Part shown: in pieces, positions 41,722 to 50,215 of the stretch
Numbering within the stretch: position 1 is the stretch's first letter
Layout of the letters: each line of letters starts with the position of its first letter
NCBI GenBank assembly: GCA_965221125.1
Contig: CBDCRW010000006.1
Span: 96,001-160,000 of the forward strand
Source of the DNA: Alphaproteobacteria bacterium
GTDB taxonomy: Bacteria; Pseudomonadota; Alphaproteobacteria; UBA828
Reading direction: 5' to 3'
DNA length: 64,000 bases
Program-made: the position numbers and the translations under genes
Notes under the pieces: model-generated
Database searches by the model: none
Told to the model about the DNA's origin: nothing
What the model saw: only the letters and a program-made list of their open reading frames with translations

Positions 41722-42033
41722 TTACATTGCCTGTCCCCACACCTGCGTCCCATAGTAGGGACACCAGCAAGCCGACCCTCTGGGAATTGCGAAACCCAAC
41801 CAACAAGCCCCATACCCAGTTGTACACATGGTCGCCCAAGTGCTCTGATACTGCGGCCAGAGAGTTCCAGTATTTACATTAAAGAAAGACGAGTTACCTG
41901 CATGAATTACATCGACATCGACTGCAGCTCCACCTTGTGCACCGCCAGTAATACTGGATGCATCACCTCCGACACAACCGGATATTAGCAGCAGCGACGC
42001 GGCCGCTATCAGCAGTTTTGTCCGAGTTTTCAT
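41722..42033 (-). CDS. Small lipoprotein (103 aa) with Cys-rich C-terminal domain
   Basis: GAGG RBS; lipobox ISG-C at Cys20; C-terminal CTTGYGACWLGFAIPRGSACWCPYYGTQVWG. Confidence 0.68.
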   Translation of the reverse strand: MKTRTKLLIAAASLLLISGCVGGDASSITGGAQGGAAVDVDVIHAGNSSFFNVNTGTLWPQYQSTWATMCTTGYGACWLGFAIPRGSACWCPYYGTQVWGQAM

Positions 42034-42236
42034 TTTCCTCGCCTAAGCCATTTTCGACAGGGGCCAAGAGTCCCAGTACAAGGCTGCAACGAAGCAAAGC
42101 CAACATCTATATCGCACAGGATATAACATTTACGAGATTACTCAAATTCAGAAAGCGGTTTTCGTGCTGGTGAAAAAATGCGATCAATTCAGTGAGTTAC
42201 GATGCGTCACCAGGCCCCGGCGCGCGGCAGTGGGGA

Positions 42237-43262
42237 TCAGCCGACGAAGTTCGTGAACGTGCGCAGCCAGTTCTGCCCCAGGATTCCCACTACCTCGTCC
42301 TCGTCGTAGCCGCGCGCGAAGAGGCGGCGGGCGAGGTTGGGCAGCTCCGCGATCTCGCTCAGCCCATCCGGGTAGCGTTGGATCACGAAGGCCTCGACGG
42401 GCCCGAAAATGTCGGGGCGGAGCGTGCGCCAGCGAACGGACTCCGGCAGCACGGTCCCGGCCTCCTGGTAGGCCTCGGTGAAGTCGAGCCCGATGCCGAT
42501 GTGCGCCGTGCCCACCAGCGCCTTGAAGTGGTCGATGTGGTCGATCAGGCGGTCCAGCGTCTGGTCCGCCGGGCTCACAGAGAGCGGCAGGCAGCAGGCG
42601 CCCATCATGCCGCCCTTGGCGACGATCGCGCGCACCGTCTCGTCCTTCGTGTTGCGGTCGTTGGCGACGTGGTGCCAGGCGTTGGAGTGGGTGCAGACCG
42701 GCGCGCGGGCGAGCGGCACGGCCTCGGCCCGCGAGCGGTGGCCGGTATGCGACAGGTCGAGGATCATCGGCGTCTCGTTCACCGCCGCGATCAGCTCCTC
42801 GCCGAGGAAGCTGAGCCCGGCATCCCGCTTCTCGCCGCAGCCGTCGGCGAACAGCGTGGCGCCGGTATACGCGAGCCCGAAGAAGCGGAAACCCAGCCTC
42901 GCGAGGATGCCCACCCGCGCCAGCTCCTTCCCGATCATGCTGGAGCCCTGCGTGCCGGGGACCACCGCGAGCCGCCCCGCCGCGAGCGCCGCGTCGATCT
43001 CCGCCCGGTTGCGCGCCAGCGCCAGCACGGGGCTGGCTTCGATCTTGGCGAAGCCCTCGTCCACCGCGCCCATGGTCTGGTCCCACGTGCTCTCCAGCGC
43101 GAAGGTCACGTTGCAGACGTTGACGCCGGCCTCCAGGCAGCGCGTCGCGTAGGGCTCGTCGAGGACGTAGAAGAGCCCGAGGCAGTCGAACACCGTCGTG
43201 CCTTGCGTGAAGGCCCGTGCGTACTCGGCCGCGTCCGTCGTCGCGGTCTCAGCCCCGGCCAT
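42237..43262 (-). CDS. Membrane dipeptidase (M19, renal dipeptidase-like) family amidohydrolase
   Basis: GLS.LG.ELI, LDLSH, CTHSN, RNTKD, HIGIGLDF and ILGQNWLR. Confidence 0.88.
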   Translation of the reverse strand: MAGAETATTDAAEYARAFTQGTTVFDCLGLFYVLDEPYATRCLEAGVNVCNVTFALESTWDQTMGAVDEGFAKIEASPVLALARNRAEIDAALAAGRLAVVPGTQGSSMIGKELARVGILARLGFRFFGLAYTGATLFADGCGEKRDAGLSFLGEELIAAVNETPMILDLSHTGHRSRAEAVPLARAPVCTHSNAWHHVANDRNTKDETVRAIVAKGGMMGACCLPLSVSPADQTLDRLIDHIDHFKALVGTAHIGIGLDFTEAYQEAGTVLPESVRWRTLRPDIFGPVEAFVIQRYPDGLSEIAELPNLARRLFARGYDEDEVVGILGQNWLRTFTNFVG

Positions 43263-44658
43263 GTCCGGCTCCCAGGTGATTGGCGATCGCGCTCAGGTCG
43301 CTGGCCCCGGCGATCCCGTCCAGCGCCTCGAACGCCGCGTCGTGCGCGGCCGCCGGTAGTGCGCGCGCGGCGCAGTCCACGAACTTGGCATGGAGATCGT
43401 TCCGCCCCAGCGGCCGGGCGGGGTGTCCCCTGGGCTCGCGGACCGTTCTCGACCGCGTTTCGCCACCGGCGAGCGTGAGCGTGACCGTCGACCACAGCGG
43501 CGCGGCAGCGGCATTCGCATCGCCGAGCTGCTCCGGGTCCGGGCGCATGCGCACCTTGGGGATCAGCGTGCGCACGGCGGGCCGGGCGAGCGCCTGGGCG
43601 GAGAAGGAGTCCAGTACCAGGTGGCCGTCGACGAGCGCGCTCGCCAGCAGGTAGGGCAGGCTGAAGCGCGCCTGCATCGCGTCCGCCGGCGCGACGTAGG
43701 GCAGGTTGTGCATCTCGATCTCGGGCAGCAGCGTATCGATCCCGGCCACCGCCTGCGGCTGCAGGCCGCCGTCTCCGCGCATTGCGAGCAGGGCATCGAG
43801 GGGGCGATGAACGCTGCCGCAGCAGGGGTAGACCTTCTGCCAGAGCCCGTACCGCTCGATCGCGGGCGGCCCGTCGAAGTCGGCGAGCGCCGCCTCCAGC
43901 CGCTCGCGCGGCACGCCGGCGAAGAGGTCCACGAAGCCGCGCGCGCCCTCGTAGGCGTCCTGCGCGGCGGTGACTCCGGCCTCGGCGAGCGCCGCCGCCA
44001 TGATCCCGTTCTTGGCCGCGAGCCCGGCGTGGAGCGGCTTCGCCATGGTGCCGAACTGCCGCTTGCCGCCGGAGGCGAGGCTGGTGGCGAGGCCGAGCGC
44101 GGCCGTGGCCCTGGCGGCGTCGAGGCCCAGCAGCCGGGCGCAGGCCGCCGCCGCCGCCTGTGCGCCCAGCGTCGACGTGGTGTGCCAGCCCTTGAAGTAG
44201 TGGGTCATGTTGAGCGCCTCGCCGAGCCGCGCCATGACCTCGACGCCGACGATATAGGCATCCACGCAGGCGGCACCGTCGACGCTCCGCTCCTCGCCGA
44301 GCGCCAGCAGGGCCGGCATCAGCACCGCGCTCACGTGGGCGTTGCTGATCTCCAGCACGTCGTCGTAGTCCAAGGCATGGGCCGCCGTGCCGTTGACCAG
44401 CGCGGCCCAGGGTGCGGCGAGCCTATGCGGCGTGCCGGCGACCGTGGCACCCCCCGCGCCCCAGCGCGCAACGCCGGCACGGGCCGCGCGCGGCGCGTCA
44501 TCGTCCGCGCCCGCCAGCATACAGGCGGCGGTATCCACGAAGGCGCTGCCCGCGCGCCGCCCGGCTTCTCCGCTCCAGGCCCGCGGCGCGTCTGCGACCC
44601 AGGCTCCCAGCCGGAGCGTCGCACCCGGCGCGCCGTCCGTCGCTGTCGGGCTCGTCAC
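43249..44658 (-). CDS. MmgE/PrpD family protein
   Basis: [34 protein letters not shown] and QARFSLPY; GTG start after GGAG. Confidence 0.9.
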   Translation of the reverse strand: MTSPTATDGAPGATLRLGAWVADAPRAWSGEAGRRAGSAFVDTAACMLAGADDDAPRAARAGVARWGAGGATVAGTPHRLAAPWAALVNGTAAHALDYDDVLEISNAHVSAVLMPALLALGEERSVDGAACVDAYIVGVEVMARLGEALNMTHYFKGWHTTSTLGAQAAAAACARLLGLDAARATAALGLATSLASGGKRQFGTMAKPLHAGLAAKNGIMAAALAEAGVTAAQDAYEGARGFVDLFAGVPRERLEAALADFDGPPAIERYGLWQKVYPCCGSVHRPLDALLAMRGDGGLQPQAVAGIDTLLPEIEMHNLPYVAPADAMQARFSLPYLLASALVDGHLVLDSFSAQALARPAVRTLIPKVRMRPDPEQLGDANAAAAPLWSTVTLTLAGGETRSRTVREPRGHPARPLGRNDLHAKFVDCAARALPAAAHDAAFEALDGIAGASDLSAIANHLGAGHGRG

Positions 44659-44733
44659 CGTCTTCTCCGCTTGCCCTCTGCCCGGCCGATGGTACACGGT
44701 GGCGGTGCGGCCGCAATCGAGAGGGGATGGCGC

Positions 44734-45027
44734 ATGTCTGTGCTGGTGATGGTGCGAGCCCGCGCGAAGCCCGGCGCGGGGGCGGCGCTGGTCGAGATGC
44801 TGGCGCCCTTCGTGGGCGAGGACACCGGGATGGAGGGCTGTGCGCGCATCGAGATGGCGGTGGACGCCACCGACCCCGACCGCGTCGTGCTGCTGGAGGA
44901 ATGGACCTCGGCCGAGGCGCACAAGGCCAACCTCGCCGCGCTCGAGGAGGCCGGCGGCCTCGACGACTTTCTCGCTCTCCTGGCGGCCCCGCCGGAGCGC
45001 ACTTATTACGCCCCGCTCGGCCGATGA
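44734..45027 (+). CDS. Antibiotic biosynthesis monooxygenase (ABM/Dabb) domain protein
   Basis: AKPG...EGC...[13 protein letters not shown] pattern; GAGGGG RBS. Confidence 0.8.
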   Translation: MSVLVMVRARAKPGAGAALVEMLAPFVGEDTGMEGCARIEMAVDATDPDRVVLLEEWTSAEAHKANLAALEEAGGLDDFLALLAAPPERTYYAPLGR

Positions 45028-45467
45028 GGGCGCTAATTCAGCGGGTGGCGGAAGCCCGCGTCGACATCGCCGGCGAGACGGTGGGCGAGGTCGGCAACGG
45101 CATGCTGGTCCTCGTCTGCGCGATGCAGGGAGACGGCGACGAGCAGGCGCTCCTCCTCGCGCGCAAGGTCGCCAACTTGCGCATCTTCGAGAGCGAGCCC
45201 GGCAAGATGAACCTCTCGATCCTGAAGAGCGGCGGCGCGGCGCTGGTCGTGAGCCAGTTCACGCTCGCTGCCGACACGAGCCGGGGCAACCGGCCTGGCT
45301 TCTCCTACGCCGCGCCGCCGGACGAGGGCGAGCGCCTCTACGAGCTTTTCAAGGCCTCCCTCGCCGAGCACGGCGTGCCCGTCGCCGCCGGCCGCTTCGG
45401 CCAGGTGATGCAGGTCCACCTCGTCAACGACGGCCCGGTCACGATCTGGCTGGACACGGCGGGTTAG
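45024..45467 (+). CDS. dtd: D-aminoacyl-tRNA deacylase
   Basis: [12 protein letters not shown]...GKMNLS, VSQFTL, G.RP.F and NDGPVT. Confidence 0.96.
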   Translation: MRALIQRVAEARVDIAGETVGEVGNGMLVLVCAMQGDGDEQALLLARKVANLRIFESEPGKMNLSILKSGGAALVVSQFTLAADTSRGNRPGFSYAAPPDEGERLYELFKASLAEHGVPVAAGRFGQVMQVHLVNDGPVTIWLDTAG

Positions 45468-45504
45468 CGCGTTTCCGACCTTACGAGATCACTGCGGCAC
45501 GGTA

Positions 45505-45587
45505 GGGCGGAGGGGGAACGCAAGTTGCACCGGCCTTTTCTCCCTCTCCTCCCCACGGGGGAGGAGAGGGCCGGGGAGAGGTGGGGG
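45505..45587. repeat. REP-like palindromic element (CCCTCTCCTCCCC...GGGGAGGAGAGGG family)
   Basis: Perfect 13-bp stem at 45542-45554/45558-45570, followed by CCGGGGAGAGGTGGGGG and preceded by AGGGCGGAGGGGG; closely similar to 57617-57730. Confidence 0.75.
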
Positions 45588-45623
45588 TGCCCGGACCTTC
45601 CCACACGCGCGACAGGAGCCCCC

Positions 45624-48600
45624 TTACTCCGCGGCGCTGGCCTGGGCGGCGGGGGCGCGGAAGGCGGCGAGCAGGTCGGCCTCGCGCTCCTTCGCGCAGG
45701 CGACGTTGGCCTCCTTCACGTGCCCGAAGCCCCGCATGGCGAGCGGCACCTCGGCGATCTCCACCGCGAGCCCGTGGTTGTCCGAGCCGAGACCCGCGAT
45801 CAGCGCGTCCACCGTCGCCTCGTACTCGCCGATCAGCGCGCGCTCCCGGCGCCGCTCGGCCGCGTAGCCGAACACATCGAGCGGCGTCCCGCGCAGGCCC
45901 TTGAGCTTCGCCAGCAGGCCGAAGGCGGTGAGCATCCAGGGGCCGAAGATGCGCTTCTTCAGGTGCCCGGTCTCGGGGTCGCGCCCGGCGATGAGCGGCG
46001 GCGCCATGCTGAAGCGGAGCCCGAAGCGCCCCTCGAACTGCGCCGCCACCTGCGCCTGGAAGCGGCCGTCGGTGTAGAGCCGGGCGACCTCGTACTCGTC
46101 CTTGTAGGCGAGCAGCTTGTGGTAGGCCCGCGCGACCGCCTCGGCGAAGCCCGCGCGCCCCGGCGCCTGCGCCCGCTCGGCCTCGCGCGCACGCCGCACC
46201 AGGGCGCGGTAGCGCGCGGCCAGCGCCGTGTTCTGGTAGGCCCGCAAATCCGACGCGCGGCGCTCGATCATCGCATCGAGCCCCACAGGCTGCGGCGCCT
46301 GCGGCAGGCCCCCGCTCTCCGCCAGCGCTGCGGCCACCGAGTCCGGATCGTGCGCCGCAGCCCGGCCCCAGCGGAAGGCGCGCACGTTGGACTCGACCGC
46401 GACGCCGTTGAGCGCGATCGCCTGCTCCAGCGCGTCCGCGCTTAGCGGCACCTGGCCCTGTTGATACGCGAAGCCCAAGAGGAACAGGTTGGCGTAGACG
46501 GCATCGCCGATCAGCGCCGTCGCCATGCGGGTGGCGTCCACGACATCCAGCGCCTTCGCCGCCGCGCCCACCGTGCGCTCGAGCTGCGCGACGGGGAACT
46601 CGAGGTCGGGCGCGCGGGTGAAGTCTCCGGTCGTGATCGGGCCGCCATTCACCACGGCGTGCGAGGTGCTGCGGTCGAGCCGCGAGGTCGCCTCGCCGCT
46701 CGCCGCCACCACCAGGTCGACGCCGAGCAGGAGCCGCGCCCCGCCCACGGCGATCCGCACCGCGTGCAGGTCCTCGGGCCGCTCGGCGATGCGCACGTGG
46801 CTGGTCACCGCGCCGTACTTCTGGGCGAGGCCCGCCTTGTCGAGCACCGTGGCCCCCTTGCCCTCGAGCCGCGCCGCGGTGCCGAGCAGCGCGGCCAGCG
46901 TGACGATCCCCGTGCCGCCGACGCCCGCGAGCAGGATGCCGTAGGGCGCGGCGCAGGCGGGGCGCGCGGGCTCCGGCAGGGCGGTGATGGGCCCGTCGGC
47001 GGCGGATGTCTTGGGCTTGCGCCGCTCGCCCCCCTTCACCAGCACGAAGCTCGGGCAGAAACCCTTGATGCACGAAAAATCCTTGTTGCAGGCGGACTGG
47101 TCGATCGCCCGCTTGCGGCCGAACTCGGTCTCCAGCGGCACCACGGAGAGGCAATTCGACTGCACGCCGCAGTCGCCGCAGCCCTCGCACACGTCCGGGT
47201 TGATGACGACGCGCCAGTCCGGGTCCTCCAGCGTGCCGCGCTTGCGCCGGCGCCGCTTCTCGGTCGCGCACATCTGGTCGTAGACGATGGCCGAGACGCC
47301 CTCCCATTCGCGCAGGTCGCGCTGCACGCGGTCGAGCTCGTCGCGGTGGTGGATGGTCACGCCGTCGGCGAACTGCCCGTCGAAGGGGTATTTTTCCGGC
47401 TGGTCGGTGACCACGGCGATGCGGCCCACGCCCTCGGCCTGGATCTGCCGCGTCACGCGCTGCACCGTGAGCGGCCCGTCCATGGGCTGGCCGCCGGTCA
47501 TCGCCACGGCGTCGTTGTAGAGGATCTTGTAGGTCATGTTGACGCCGGCGGCGACGGCAGCGCGGATCGCGAGCGAGCCGGAGTGGAAGTAGGTGCCGTC
47601 GCCGATGTTCTGAAAGATGTGCTTCGTCTCGGTGAACGGCGCCTGGCCGATCCAGTTGGCGCCCTCGCCGCCCATGTGGGTGTAGGTGTCGGTCTCCCGG
47701 TCCATCCACTGCACCATGTAGTGGCAGCCGATGCCGGAGAGCGCGCGGCTCCCTTGCGGCAGCTTCGTCGACGAGTTGTGCGGGCAGCCCGAGCAGAAGT
47801 AGGGCACGCGCTCCATCGCCGCGGGCCGGGCGGCGGCGCTCTCGGCCCGGCGTGCGCGCAGGCGGGCGAGCCGCGCCTCCAGCGCCTCGTCCGGGCCGAA
47901 GCCGAGCAGCCGCGCCGCCAGCGTCTCCGCCACGCCGCCGGGGTCGAGCTCGCCGGAGGCGCGGAGCAGCGGCCGCCCTTCCTCGTCGCAGGTGCCGACG
48001 ACGCGGGGCCGCGCGCTCGCGGCCAGGTTGTAGAGAACGTCCTTGATCTGGTTCTCGATGAAGTCGCGCTTCTCCTCGACCACGAGGATCTCGTCGAGCC
48101 CGCCGGCGAAGCGCCTGATGCCGTCGGGCTCCAGCGGCCAGCTCATGCCGACCTTGTAGAGCGCGATGCCGAGCCGCCTCGCCGCGCCCTCGTCGATGCC
48201 GAGGTCGTCCAGCGCCTGGCGCACGTCGAGGTAGGACTTGCCGGTGGTCACGATGCCGAGCCTGCGCCCCGGCCCGTCGATCACGCTGCGGTCGAGCCCG
48301 TTCGCGCGGGCGTAGGCGCGGGCCGCGTCGAGCTTGTGCTCCAGCAGCCGCTCCTCCATCGCGAGCGGCGTGTCCGGCCAGCGGATGTTGAGACCGCCCT
48401 CGGGCAGGGCGTGGTCCTCCGGCGCAGCGATCGCGACCCGGTGCGGGTCCACCGAGACGATGGCGGAGCTGTCCACCGTCTCGGCAATGCAGATGAAGCC
48501 CACCCAGAGCCCGGCATAGCGCGAGAGCCCCCAGCCGTGCAGCCCGAAGTCCAGGAACTCCTGGACGCCCGCCGGGTTGATCACCGGCATGGTGGCGCTC

Positions 48601-49091
48601 ATGAAGTCGAACTCGCTCTGGTGCGCGGTGGTGGACGAGGCGCAGACGTGGTCGTCGCCCGCCAGCGCGAGCACGCCGCCGTGGGCCGCCGTGCCGGCGA
48701 GGTTGGCGTGCTTGAAGACGTCCATGGTGCGGTCAACGCCCGGCCCCTTGCCGTACCAGATGGCGAAGACGCCGTCGTGCTTGGCGCCTGGGAAGAGCCC
48801 CACCTGCTGCGTGCCCCAGAGCGCGGTCGCCGCCGTGTCCTCGTTCACGCCGGGCTGGAAGTGCACGCGGTGCTTCTCGACGAACCGCTTTGCCTGCCAG
48901 AGCGCGCGGTCGAAGTTGCCGAGCGGCGAGCCGCGGTAGCCCGAGATCATGCAGGCGGTATCCAGCCCCGCCGCCTTGTCGCGCAGGTGCTGCATCATCG
49001 GCAGCCTGACCAGGGCCTGGGTTCCGGTCATGTAGACCTCGCCCGACCAGGCGGCGTACTTGTCGTCGAGTGAGACCGCGGCAAGCGTCAT
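45624..49091 (-). CDS. Indolepyruvate ferredoxin oxidoreductase family protein (fused alpha/beta)
   Basis: SGYRGSPLG, WYGKGPGVDR, FCSGCPHN, TPP motif GDGTYFHSG..N, CEGCGDC and GVGGTG. Confidence 0.95.
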   Translation of the reverse strand: MTLAAVSLDDKYAAWSGEVYMTGTQALVRLPMMQHLRDKAAGLDTACMISGYRGSPLGNFDRALWQAKRFVEKHRVHFQPGVNEDTAATALWGTQQVGLFPGAKHDGVFAIWYGKGPGVDRTMDVFKHANLAGTAAHGGVLALAGDDHVCASSTTAHQSEFDFMSATMPVINPAGVQEFLDFGLHGWGLSRYAGLWVGFICIAETVDSSAIVSVDPHRVAIAAPEDHALPEGGLNIRWPDTPLAMEERLLEHKLDAARAYARANGLDRSVIDGPGRRLGIVTTGKSYLDVRQALDDLGIDEGAARRLGIALYKVGMSWPLEPDGIRRFAGGLDEILVVEEKRDFIENQIKDVLYNLAASARPRVVGTCDEEGRPLLRASGELDPGGVAETLAARLLGFGPDEALEARLARLRARRAESAAARPAAMERVPYFCSGCPHNSSTKLPQGSRALSGIGCHYMVQWMDRETDTYTHMGGEGANWIGQAPFTETKHIFQNIGDGTYFHSGSLAIRAAVAAGVNMTYKILYNDAVAMTGGQPMDGPLTVQRVTRQIQAEGVGRIAVVTDQPEKYPFDGQFADGVTIHHRDELDRVQRDLREWEGVSAIVYDQMCATEKRRRRKRGTLEDPDWRVVINPDVCEGCGDCGVQSNCLSVVPLETEFGRKRAIDQSACNKDFSCIKGFCPSFVLVKGGERRKPKTSAADGPITALPEPARPACAAPYGILLAGVGGTGIVTLAALLGTAARLEGKGATVLDKAGLAQKYGAVTSHVRIAERPEDLHAVRIAVGGARLLLGVDLVVAASGEATSRLDRSTSHAVVNGGPITTGDFTRAPDLEFPVAQLERTVGAAAKALDVVDATRMATALIGDAVYANLFLLGFAYQQGQVPLSADALEQAIALNGVAVESNVRAFRWGRAAAHDPDSVAAALAESGGLPQAPQPVGLDAMIERRASDLRAYQNTALAARYRALVRRAREAERAQAPGRAGFAEAVARAYHKLLAYKDEYEVARLYTDGRFQAQVAAQFEGRFGLRFSMAPPLIAGRDPETGHLKKRIFGPWMLTAFGLLAKLKGLRGTPLDVFGYAAERRRERALIGEYEATVDALIAGLGSDNHGLAVEIAEVPLAMRGFGHVKEANVACAKEREADLLAAFRAPAAQASAAE

Positions 49092-49245
49092 CGCTATTCC
49101 TGTCCTCAGCGTCCGGCTGTTCTTGGCTCTATGCGCCAGGCGGCGGGCGGGGCGCGCACGGCCGCGCCGCCATCATAGCCCAGCCCGCATTTCCGCGCGA
49201 AGCGGCGGCGTATCTCACTTTCATGCCCGCATTTTTTTGCCCAAA

Positions 49246-49315
49246 AAGCCGAGATAAGCCGAGATAAGCCGAGATAAGCCGAGATAAGCCGAGACAAGCC
49301 GAGACAAGGTGAGAT
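49246..49315. repeat. Tandem 10-bp array, 7 units: (AAGCCGAGAT)x4 (AAGCCGAGAC)x2 AAGGTGAGAT
   Basis: Read directly from the sequence. Confidence 0.95.
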
Positions 49316-49361
49316 GGCGGGGAGGCGCCCAGGGCCGCCCACGCGGAGGGTCCCGCCGGCC

Positions 49362-49985
49362 TCATTCGCCCTCCGCATCTTGCGCCTTCAATCGCCAATA
49401 GGCCTCGGCGACGGCTTCTTCGCCCGCGACCGGATCGTGGATGCCCCAGTGGCCCTCCACGGCGGCGCGGATGTGAGCGACGGCGTCGGGCGAGAGTCCC
49501 TTCTTCTGCTCTTCCGCAGACCTGGGCCAGCCTTCGAGCGGGCCGGCGCCGCGCGCGGCAGGCTTGGGCGCGGCGGCGCTCCTGCCGGCCGCGCCGGCCT
49601 TGTCGGCGTTCTCGATGCGCCCGATGGCGAGCGCGAGCGCGCCGATCATGGCGATGTCGGCCGGCTTCTCGCCCCTCTCGATCGCGTCGGCGGCGCGCTT
49701 GACGAGACTCCGGAGCGTCTCGAGCGCGCGCTCCGCGCTGACCTCCTCGGGGGGCTCCCCGGACCTGGCCTGCCGAGGCTCGCCGGGATCGTCGTCCTCG
49801 GCCGAGCGCAGCAGCGCGGCGCGGTTCCGCTTGACGTAGCGGCCGACGGCCGCGCGCGAGCAGGTGCCGCCATGCGCCCGCATCCGCCGGGTGATCTCGT
49901 CGATGGTGGCGCCCTCGCGGATCGCCAGGTTTACCGCCGCCAGAGCATCCGGCGGCAGGCGCTCGACCCGCGAGCGGTCCGCCAT
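49362..49985 (-). CDS. Phage Mu gp27 / DUF3486-like protein (putative HTH, small-terminase-like), solitary
   Basis: GGAGGG RBS; N-terminal MADRSRVERLPPDALAAVNLAIREGATIDEITRRMRAHGGTCSRAAVGRY and C-terminal KGLSPDAVAHIRAAVEG resemble the DUF3486 pattern (S.I..LP.E...T.DEI......SRSA.GRY...GLS......IR). Confidence 0.68.
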   Translation of the reverse strand: MADRSRVERLPPDALAAVNLAIREGATIDEITRRMRAHGGTCSRAAVGRYVKRNRAALLRSAEDDDPGEPRQARSGEPPEEVSAERALETLRSLVKRAADAIERGEKPADIAMIGALALAIGRIENADKAGAAGRSAAAPKPAARGAGPLEGWPRSAEEQKKGLSPDAVAHIRAAVEGHWGIHDPVAGEEAVAEAYWRLKAQDAEGE

Positions 49986-50215
49986 CAGCCGGCCCTCCGC
50001 GAAGGCGCCGCTCCGCCGCTCTCTCGGCGGCCATCGTCCACACACAGCATCCGCCGAGACTGCCCCCACCAACCCACGCCGTGCACCGCACCAATGTCCG
50101 GGGTCACCCCCCCTCACCTTGCTTGGCCTGCGGCCCATGACGCATACTCGCCGGCCGTGAGCCGGCGCCGGCGCGGCGGCGATGCCGCGCGGCGTCCTCC
50201 GAGCCACTCAGGGAG

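Larger units (their letters stand above)
49234..50103 (-). mobile_element. Gene-carrying copy B of the putative novel element: conserved ends, 10-mer array and DUF3486-like gene
   Basis: Both ends are shared with 23448-23711; contains no transposase or integrase; lies between two unrelated, divergently transcribed metabolic genes. Confidence 0.6.

Noticed and set aside
49246-49315. CRISPR array
   Set aside because: Units are 10 bp, abutting, with no spacers, and there are no cas genes in the window.
49106-49378. ORF with LGLSRLISAY peptide repeats
   Set aside because: This is simply the translation of the 10-bp DNA array; a period of 10 is not codon-compatible and there is no other coding evidence.
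49362-49985. Mu-like prophage
   Set aside because: No large terminase, portal, transposase or structural genes nearby; both flanks are metabolic genes.
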